From IMG/VR virus record IMGVR_UViG_3300021387_000272, positions 17,374-81,373 of that record: a DNA stretch of 64,000 bases; one strand, 5' to 3'. Positions 1 through 8,500 of this stretch are shown here, in pieces. A program made the position numbers and the translations under genes. The notes below the pieces were generated by a model, which saw only the letters and a list, made by a program, of their open reading frames with translations, was not told where the DNA came from and did no database searches. The stretch is from a virus. Its lineage: Duplodnaviria; Caudoviricetes. How positions within the stretch are numbered: position 1 is the first letter of the stretch; each line of letters starts with the position of its first letter.

Positions 1-143
1 TCTTGGAGTTTCATGCTACTCATAAGAATCTAAGAGATATAACAAGGGCAATGAGTCAAGAAGGACTTGTTCTCCCCAATAGAGGAACATCAGTAAAAGC
101 CATTAAAGATAATAGTTATGATAGAGAACGTACAATATATTGA
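1..143 (+). CDS. C-terminal end of an upstream gene (partial, hypothetical)
   Basis: Frame 3 is open from the window start to TGA at 141-143 and overlaps the next ATG at 118. Confidence 0.4.
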   Translation, partial: LEFHATHKNLRDITRAMSQEGLVLPNRGTSVKAIKDNSYDRERTIY

Positions 144-804
144 TTTAAGGGAAATACTGGCAAGAGTTCTTGACCACCCTATGCTCCAAGATGTAAACTT
201 GGAGAGTGCCATAAGGTATTCTTTGGATTTTATCCGTAAAATGGGACTTCCTGAAGTTTACCTTGATAAGACAGAGACAGTTGAAATTGAAGATTACAGA
301 GGAAAACTCCCCTGTGACTTAATCATCATTAAGCAAGTAAGAGACCATAGAACTCATGTGTGCCTCAGAGCTATGACTGATAACTTCAATGAATTGCCCT
401 CTAGGAACATTTCTCAGCCCTCCTTTAAGACTCAGGGACAGATTATCTACACTTCTTTCTGTCATGGCTGTGTGGACATTTCTTACAAGGCAATTAATAC
501 TGATGAGGATGGTTTCCCAATGCTTCCTGAGAATCCAGTATTCTTAGATGCACTGGAAAATTACATTAAGGTTAAGAGGTTCAGAATTCTCTTTGACCAA
601 GGTAAGGTAGCCTTCAACGTATATCAGACTGCCAGATATGAATACTTTGAGTCTGCTAGAGCTTGCCATGGTATGTTTGCTACTCCTTCTGAAAGTGAAA
701 TGGAATCTATCACTTCTATGATGCATCAGCTTATACCTAGAATTAATGAATTCCAAGCAGGGTTTAAGAATTTGGGTGATAAGGAATATACTAAATTTAA
801 ATAA
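118..804 (+). CDS. Tail ring (tubular/adaptor) protein, crAss-type
   Basis: 228 aa directly upstream of the muzzle gene, as in the Crassvirales ring-muzzle-cargo order; C-terminal IP...EF..GFKNLG resembles crAss ring proteins. Confidence 0.7.
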   Translation: MIENVQYIDLREILARVLDHPMLQDVNLESAIRYSLDFIRKMGLPEVYLDKTETVEIEDYRGKLPCDLIIIKQVRDHRTHVCLRAMTDNFNELPSRNISQPSFKTQGQIIYTSFCHGCVDISYKAINTDEDGFPMLPENPVFLDALENYIKVKRFRILFDQGKVAFNVYQTARYEYFESARACHGMFATPSESEMESITSMMHQLIPRINEFQAGFKNLGDKEYTKFK

Positions 805-812
805 GTATTGCT

Positions 813-3800
813 ATGAATGTAAAGGAACCTCACGTAGTAACAGGTATGTCAAGGGACTCTGCTGTAAGTAAGCAGAATCCTAACTTAGTATATGATGCTC
901 ATAATATTCGTATTACAACGAAGGATGGTAAGAATTCTGTCTTAGCAGTAACAAATGAAAAAGGCACCAAAAGACTGTATATTACAAGTGGCACTATATC
1001 AGGAACTCCAATAGGAAGTGCTATTATTGATGACTATATAATTCTCTTTACACATTCTGATACAGACACTACTAAAGACCATATATATAGGTGCGAGATA
1101 TCAGGAGATAATGTAACGGTGAACACTGTCTTCTCAGGCAATGCAGGGTTTGCTTTAGACCATCCAATAGAAACCTTGCCTGCTTATGAAAATGCAGAAA
1201 TTCAGAAGGTGTACTGGGTAGATGGCTTAAACCAGCCTAGGGTAGTTAATATAATGAAAACGGGCATCACAAACACTAATGTTATTAACTTCAGCAAAGA
1301 GGTAGACTTGGGGCACACTTTTAGTGTTCAGAAGTTCTCTACTGGAGGTGAGTTTCCTGTAGGAACTGTGCAGTATACGTTTTCTTATTATACCAAGTTT
1401 GGACAAGAATCTAGGCTTATTGATGTGAGTCCTATGTACTACTTATCTCCACAAGAGACAGGTTTGGATGCCACAGAAATAGCACACTGTTCTTTTAAGA
1501 TAACTATAAACAGTCCTGATGCAACCAATTTTGAATATGTTAGGATATATGCTATAGTAAGAACTTCTGCCAATTCTATTCCTCAAGGCAGAATAGTGGG
1601 AGATTATCCAATTGCTAGTAAAGTAGTAGTAACTGATGATGGTATTAAGGGAAGGACATATCCTGCTGCTTCTATGTATTTTATCGGAGGTGAAGAACTG
1701 ATTGCTGGCACTCTGGCAGAAAAAGATAATACGTTATTTCTTGGTAATATAGCTCTGACTAAACCAAATGTAGGAGATATCATACTTGACGGAGAAGGTG
1801 CTAATGCACATTCAATCAGATATTACGTAAACGGTTACGCTGCTGGGACAATTGACCAACCCACCTTTGGTAGTAAGGTGGGCAATATCGTTGCTAGTAA
1901 TTTAGGCTATAGTCCTAACGACAACAGAGTACCTACCAGTGCTACAAAGTACTATGATTACAATCCAAACAACAATAGGTCATCTTATTATATCAAGCGG
2001 TTTAAGTATCTTGAGACATACAGATTTGGTTTTATCGCTCAGTACAAAAATGGCCAATGGTCTGAGCCTGTTTGGGTAGGTGATTTTACTAATAATACTG
2101 TGCCACGTGTAGATGCAGGATATTACAGAACAGGGTGCTTCCATTTAAATATGCCTCAGAATATTATCACTAAACTTCAGGCAGCTGGCTTTAAGCGCCT
2201 TGCCCCAGTAGTGGTATATCCTCAGGCCCACGAACGTAGATGCGTTATGCAAGGTCTGCTTTGCCCTACTGTTTATGCAGTAAAGGACAGGAATGACAAT
2301 TCTCCTTATGCACAATCTTCATGGTTTTTCAGGCTTTATCATAATGTTGCGGCAAATCAAGGTAGCTTATATTACCATCATGCTCCTTTAGGAGGATGTG
2401 GTGCTCCACAAGGAGAAATACAATGTGTTGAAATTTCTGCTGATGGAGGTTACTATATGGATGGTAATATAGTTACTTTTCATTCTCCTGATATTGAATG
2501 TGCCGATTTAAATCAAAGTACAGACTTTGAAGGACTGAACTTAAGTGTAGTTGGTTTTGCTTCAGCTTCTATAACCAATCCCCTTGACTTAGGAGATATT
2601 GCTAGAGTTACAGACCATTTCCTTGAAACTGAGAATGTAGGTATCAATACCAATATATCCCAGATAATTACAATGAAAAGAACTGGATATACTGGATATA
2701 GTATAGATGACTTTTGTTATCCTCTATATTTTGATGGTGTTGTTGCCAATGAAAATACTGATGAGGTATTACTTAAAGATAATATATGGCATGGAGAAGA
2801 CACAACACTGCTTAATCCAGCTTGTGGTTGGATTGTCTATCCTTGGCATAGGCAAGGTTCCTTAAATAATCAACAGGCTCTTACAACTAAGCAACGCAGT
2901 AATGGTTTCAATACTAGAACTGCTATGCTTAAACGCAATATTACGGCAAATGCTTGGTTTACTAACAGTACATATTTCTCTAGTCCATTATCATTAAAGT
3001 CTGGAGTTACAATGTCTATTCCAAAGCTGTTCAATTATGACCAACTGGCAAGTGTAAAAGTAGCTGTAGGTAATGAATCCGTTATCTATTATGGTAATAT
3101 TGATAAGGTAATAACTAATGTTACTGGTAAATATCCAATTTACTATGGGTGGATGATTACCGCAGATGATGAAACGCAATCAACTAGTATTAGTGATTTG
3201 TCTGAGAGTTGCATGAATACCCAGCGGTGGGAGAGATGCTACTATAATAATAGTGAGTGCTATACTGGTACAGACCCTGTATCTATGAAATACAAGTCTT
3301 CTCCACATGCAGTACTTAAGTTCAATGGCAATACTATACATATACCAATGTACTCATCTGATAATTATAATCTGGCATTCAACAATTCAGGTGCTACTGG
3401 CTCAGGTCTTTGGATAGCAGAATTTATCAGAACTGTTGACTCTAATACTAGATTTGGAGGTAAGTCTGAACAGGCATTTGTCAGCAATGATTGGATTAGA
3501 TGTGGAGAATCAAGAGAGCTTGCTACGTGGTATTATAATACCAGTTATCTAGAGTACCAGCAAGGAGATTGCTATATTCAAAGGTATGACTGTCTTAAGA
3601 CCTATCCATTTACCCACGAGGATATGAATAGTGTTATTGAGACTCTATCTGCTACTCTTGAGACTTATGTCAACTTGGATTTCAGATATGACCATAATAG
3701 AGGTAGTGGTAAAAACGTAGCTCTGTCTCCTGTTAATTTTAATCTATATAATCATCCTGCCTACGAACAAGTGAATAACTTCTTCACCTATCATGGCTTA

Positions 3801-5384
3801 GATTATGAAAGATTTTCTTCTCAAGCATTTCCCAACTGCATTACCTGGACTACTGAAAAACATGCAGGAGAGGATGTAGACTCGTGGACTTCAATAGATA
3901 TTGGAAGTTCTTTGTGGGAACTTGATGGAGCTAAGGGAGAAGTAACTGCTTTAAGAAGGTTTAGAAATGATATCTATTCATTCCAAAAAGAAGGATTTGC
4001 CCAGCTGCTCTTCAATTCAAGGGTGCAGATTCCTACATCTGACAATAATCCAATTGAGATTACCAATGGCATGAAGATGCAGGGAGTGAGGTACATCTCA
4101 GAAAAGATAGGCTGTATAAACAAATGGTCTATAGTAGAAACTCCTGTAGGATTGTACTTTAATGATGACCTCCTTAAGACTACCTATATATTCACTGGAC
4201 AGCTTCAGGATTTATCAGCTGCCAAAGGAATGAAGTCTTGGATGAATGAGAGGTGTAATACAAATGTATGGAATCCAAGTAATTTTGCAAACTGCAGAGC
4301 GTACTATGATAAAGCTGGGCATGATATTTATTGGGTATATGATGATACTGCCCTTGTTTATTCAGAAGTACTTGGACAATACATGTCCTTTATGGACTAT
4401 GGAAATGTTCCTCTCTTGGAGTCTCTGAATAACAGTACATACGCTATTACAAACAGTGTTACGAGGAGAACTTCTGCAGAAGTAATGGTTAACATCAGAA
4501 CATCCTCTCCTGGAGGTTCTTCAAAAGCTCCTATTCATTTTGAGTTTACTCTAAGTGGTAGTTATAGCTCCTCTAAGGTGGTACATCTACAGGTGGTGTG
4601 GCTAGATAGAACTCATTATGATGAACATCCTTCTACTTATGCTACGTATTCTAGTTCAGATAATGAAGACACTGTAGTGCTTTATATATACGTAAGACCT
4701 AATGTAAGAGTGGACCCAACACAGGCATATACAACTGCACAAATTCTAAGTGCTGTCTCCTCTGCACTTAGTAGTGCTGGAGTAACTTTCCTGACTGCCT
4801 CTTTCTGGTCAGGTGACCATGTTCCTGTAACAACAGGCATAATGGCAGAGGACTATGCCCGTGATTATGAGCCTCTAAATGCCTATCTGACTAATGGCAC
4901 AAACTCTCCTTTCTGGGAGCTGGGTAAAGGAGAATACAATATGTTCTTCGGCTTATTCAGACCTTATTGGATAACTCTTATCAGCAATTCATATCCTACT
5001 GAAAATAAGATATTCAATAACCTAGCTTGGAGAGACATGGATGTTACGGTAGCAACTACCCCTTATGGAACTTCAGAAATTCCAAGACCCTTCAACACCT
5101 TTGACCATATTAGAGTGTGGACAGAGCATCAGGATACTGGAGAAGTGAGATTTAGTAACTCTTTGTCTGAAAATACTTCAAGGCAACCTATATCCTACAA
5201 TGCAGCTGTAAGTAACCTCAGAAAGAAGTTTAATGTATGGCACTGTCAGATACCCAGAGCTTATGCTAGCAACACCTCTAGGGCACGTATAAGCAATCCT
5301 TGGGCATACATCAAGCTATCAAGGCAAGACTCCCAGACTGAGAGACATGAAATTGAAGACATAGAAGTGGACTACTTCATGTAA
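813..5384 (+). CDS. Muzzle / tail stabilization protein (P22 gp10-like)
   Basis: 1523 aa, beta-rich; motifs YWVDGLNQPR and GYQYYGDC-like YQQGDCYIQRYDCLKT; SRVQI..GTG-like region near the C-terminus; position in the tail module. Confidence 0.8.
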   Translation: MNVKEPHVVTGMSRDSAVSKQNPNLVYDAHNIRITTKDGKNSVLAVTNEKGTKRLYITSGTISGTPIGSAIIDDYIILFTHSDTDTTKDHIYRCEISGDNVTVNTVFSGNAGFALDHPIETLPAYENAEIQKVYWVDGLNQPRVVNIMKTGITNTNVINFSKEVDLGHTFSVQKFSTGGEFPVGTVQYTFSYYTKFGQESRLIDVSPMYYLSPQETGLDATEIAHCSFKITINSPDATNFEYVRIYAIVRTSANSIPQGRIVGDYPIASKVVVTDDGIKGRTYPAASMYFIGGEELIAGTLAEKDNTLFLGNIALTKPNVGDIILDGEGANAHSIRYYVNGYAAGTIDQPTFGSKVGNIVASNLGYSPNDNRVPTSATKYYDYNPNNNRSSYYIKRFKYLETYRFGFIAQYKNGQWSEPVWVGDFTNNTVPRVDAGYYRTGCFHLNMPQNIITKLQAAGFKRLAPVVVYPQAHERRCVMQGLLCPTVYAVKDRNDNSPYAQSSWFFRLYHNVAANQGSLYYHHAPLGGCGAPQGEIQCVEISADGGYYMDGNIVTFHSPDIECADLNQSTDFEGLNLSVVGFASASITNPLDLGDIARVTDHFLETENVGINTNISQIITMKRTGYTGYSIDDFCYPLYFDGVVANENTDEVLLKDNIWHGEDTTLLNPACGWIVYPWHRQGSLNNQQALTTKQRSNGFNTRTAMLKRNITANAWFTNSTYFSSPLSLKSGVTMSIPKLFNYDQLASVKVAVGNESVIYYGNIDKVITNVTGKYPIYYGWMITADDETQSTSISDLSESCMNTQRWERCYYNNSECYTGTDPVSMKYKSSPHAVLKFNGNTIHIPMYSSDNYNLAFNNSGATGSGLWIAEFIRTVDSNTRFGGKSEQAFVSNDWIRCGESRELATWYYNTSYLEYQQGDCYIQRYDCLKTYPFTHEDMNSVIETLSATLETYVNLDFRYDHNRGSGKNVALSPVNFNLYNHPAYEQVNNFFTYHGLDYERFSSQAFPNCITWTTEKHAGEDVDSWTSIDIGSSLWELDGAKGEVTALRRFRNDIYSFQKEGFAQLLFNSRVQIPTSDNNPIEITNGMKMQGVRYISEKIGCINKWSIVETPVGLYFNDDLLKTTYIFTGQLQDLSAAKGMKSWMNERCNTNVWNPSNFANCRAYYDKAGHDIYWVYDDTALVYSEVLGQYMSFMDYGNVPLLESLNNSTYAITNSVTRRTSAEVMVNIRTSSPGGSSKAPIHFEFTLSGSYSSSKVVHLQVVWLDRTHYDEHPSTYATYSSSDNEDTVVLYIYVRPNVRVDPTQAYTTAQILSAVSSALSSAGVTFLTASFWSGDHVPVTTGIMAEDYARDYEPLNAYLTNGTNSPFWELGKGEYNMFFGLFRPYWITLISNSYPTENKIFNNLAWRDMDVTVATTPYGTSEIPRPFNTFDHIRVWTEHQDTGEVRFSNSLSENTSRQPISYNAAVSNLRKKFNVWHCQIPRAYASNTSRARISNPWAYIKLSRQDSQTERHEIEDIEVDYFM

Positions 5385-5393
5385 TACTAACTT

Positions 5394-5438
5394 AGTAATA
5401 GACCTGTGAGAGAAATACTTATAGGTCTATTACTTTTT
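5394..5438 (+). terminator. Intrinsic terminator after the muzzle gene
   Basis: 17-bp stem AGTAATAGACCTGTGAG / CTTATAGGTCTATTACT (2 G-U pairs), 7-nt loop, followed by a T run. Confidence 0.8.
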
Positions 5439-5449
5439 ATGTTATAATT

Positions 5450-5483
5450 CTTTTATTTATCGAAGATAAATACTATCTTTGCA
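5450..5483 (+). promoter_or_regulatory. Bacteroidota primary-sigma promoter upstream of the cargo genes
   Basis: -7 element TATCTTTG at 5474-5481 (consensus TANNTTTG), TTTA-like -33 about 18-20 nt upstream, 26 nt before ATG 5508. Confidence 0.6.
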
Positions 5484-5507
5484 GCAATAAACGTTTATTA
5501 TAAGACA

Positions 5508-8500
5508 ATGGTTACTAATATAAGTACAACCAATACTGTAAATACCAATATAGGTGCCCATGAAAACATGGCACATGCAGGTCAGACAGGTGGTGGCAAC
5601 TGGCTACAACAAGCTGGAAGTTGGCTAGGGTCTGACTCTATGAGTCAAGGCATGGGAGGCATGGGGGGAATGTCTAATGGCCAAATGATTCTTGCAGCTG
5701 ACCAGACAGGTGGCCAGATATTTGGAATGCTTGCAGGACAAAATGAGACTACAGCAGGAAACATAATAAAGAGCATACCTGGGTTATCTACAGTAGGCAA
5801 TTTGGTCAATGCAGCCTTTGGTTCACACATCAATGAGGGATTTGTAAAACAGACAGAGTTTGGAATTAATTCAGCAGGGTCTCAAGCTTTTAATAGCAAT
5901 ACCAATGCAGATGTGCTAAATGACTGGCGAAATTTAACACAATTATCTCATGTAGAAAAGTCTGAAGTAGGTTCTGATGGTTGGTTTTCCAAGAAAGCAA
6001 AGCGTAAGACTAATGCTCTTAATGAAGCTATAGATGAGGCAAATGCATTACAAATGACTAACTTTGGTCACGCTGTCACTAATGCAGACCAAAACACAGA
6101 CCTTAGGATTGCACAAGGAATGATTGCTGCCTATGGAGGCCCCATTAATTCCTTTAGAAAGTACTACAATGATGGAGGTAACTTATTTAACACTCCACAA
6201 TTCTTCACCTTTGAGCCTCAAATACATGATGACGGAGGTTACTTATCAAAGGCTAAAGCTCTTATAAGACAAAATGAGGGCTGGAGAGCCAAGCCTTATA
6301 AAGATGCTCCAAAGGGTAAAGCTTGGAGAAGTGTTGGCTATGGCTTTAATGATAGTGGCTTTAGGGAGAAGTATCCAGAAGGAATCTCCAAGCACTATGA
6401 GCATGGTATTACTAAAGAACAAGCAGAACAAGAGCTTGAGTACTACTTAAGAAAGTCTGAAAAAACTCTTAAGAACATCTATGGTAAACAATGGAATAGC
6501 TTCACAGATAACCAGAAAGCTGCCATTCTGGATACTTACTATCAGAGTCCTGCCTCTGTTGGTAAGAAATCAAGATTCTATAAAGCTGTAACTGCAGGAG
6601 AAGATGCTGGAAAGTATTTAGGAGTTGCAGGATATTCTAAAAGAAATAATGTAAGACAAGGAGTATTTGGTGGAGGAGCTGTTCCTAAATCCTCAGGAGC
6701 CTCTTATTCATCAGGCTATTCAAATGTAGACATGGCCTCCAGTAGTGGAACTGGTCAAATAGACACAGAAGAGCTTTCTTATCCTTCTCCTATATTGGAG
6801 GGAAGAAGTCCTGTTGTAGATTTTGACCTCTCAGGAATTGAGCCTACTAAAGTAATAGACCCCAAGATTAATTTAAGTCGCCCAGCAATGGACTTGAATT
6901 TCATGTCTTCTCCTATTGCCCAAGCTCCACAAGTACAAGCTCCTACAGTAGGAACTGTGGAAGATTTCCTTGCTAGTTATGGAGACGTAGATACTCCAAC
7001 AATAGATGCTTCTGAGAATAATTTATTCGGTGATGGAGGCAGCACTAGTGGCTGGCTAGACTTCTTCAAATCTTGGAATCAGTCTCAGGGAGGCAATAAC
7101 TATTTCAACATGGATAATAGTTGGAAACCTTCTGATGGACTGCAAAGAAATACTAGTAATGGTTCTGTCCAAGATTGGATAGGTGTAGCTCAAACTGTAG
7201 GAAATACCATTGCTAATTGGGGAGAGGAAGACCCCTCACTTGGTAGAGGAGGTGGCTATAGTATGTTTGGTATGGCTGCCTATGATTTACTTAAAGGTAT
7301 TAGGGATGCCACTAAGAGTAAGAGAGAGTCTATTGACCAAAAGTTAGGAATTCCTATTTATGCTTGTGGTGGTAGGCTATATCCTGATGGAGGTGCTCTA
7401 GGTGGCATGGGAGCTGGAGGAGGTGAGTCTGTTGGAGCTATGGGTTATGCTCAAGCAGGAACAGCTGCTCTTAAGCTTGCAAGTAATGCTGTTCATCAGG
7501 CAAAACTTACAGTTGATGAAGATAAAATAGATAGAAGCATTAATAGATATGGATTTGGCTTTGATGACTATGCAAAGAATGTAAATACCAATGGTGACTT
7601 ACTTGACCTTTGGCAAAACAATGCTACAGTAAATCCAAATCTTACTGCAAGAGACTTTAGGGATAAGTCTGAATTTGATGATTTCCTTAATAGTTATGCA
7701 GCTTCTTGGGAAGGCTTCAATGCAGGTCAGAATTGGGGGCCCTGGGGTGCGGCTATTGGAGCTGTTGTTGGAGGAATTTCTTCTCGTATAGGTTCTCAGA
7801 TAGGTAAGAATAAGGCTAAGCATGCTGCAGAAGAAGCTAATGAAGAAATAGAAAGAGCAAATGAAAGAAGACAGGCAACTCTTGAGTATTTAGCAGAAAG
7901 AGTAGACCATGAAAATGATTTAAGAATATTACAAAATATGGATAAAAGGAACATTAACAGTGGAGCCTCTGGCGGTGATTTAAACATGGGATTTGGTCTC
8001 AGGAATCCTTTCATCATGCCAGATGGAGTAGCCAATCCTCTCTATAGGTCATTTGGAGGAGGTCTAACTCACGGAGTAAACTGGGACACAGGAGTTAACT
8101 GGGTTGATGAAGGAGGCTCTCATGGAGAAAATCCTTTAGGTGGTGTACCAATGGGAGTAGATGACCAAGGTATACCTAACTTAGTTGAGGAAGGAGAAGC
8201 CATTTGGAATGGTGACTATGTATTCTCTAAAAGAATGAAAGTTCCAAAGAAGTTAGCTAAGAAGTATGGTCTTGGAGGTGATATAACTTTTGCAGATGCA
8301 ATTAAAAAGCTGACTAAGGACTCTGAGGAAAGACCTCTTAGTATGATTGATAGAGATACTAATGACCATATTCTTGGAGAGTTTGCAGATGTTCAGGAAG
8401 AACGTAGAATGGCCAAAGCACAACGTGCTATGGAAAGAGAGCAGCAACTCCAAGAAGACTTTATAGCTGGCTTCCAATATGGTCTTGGTGGACACCTTAG

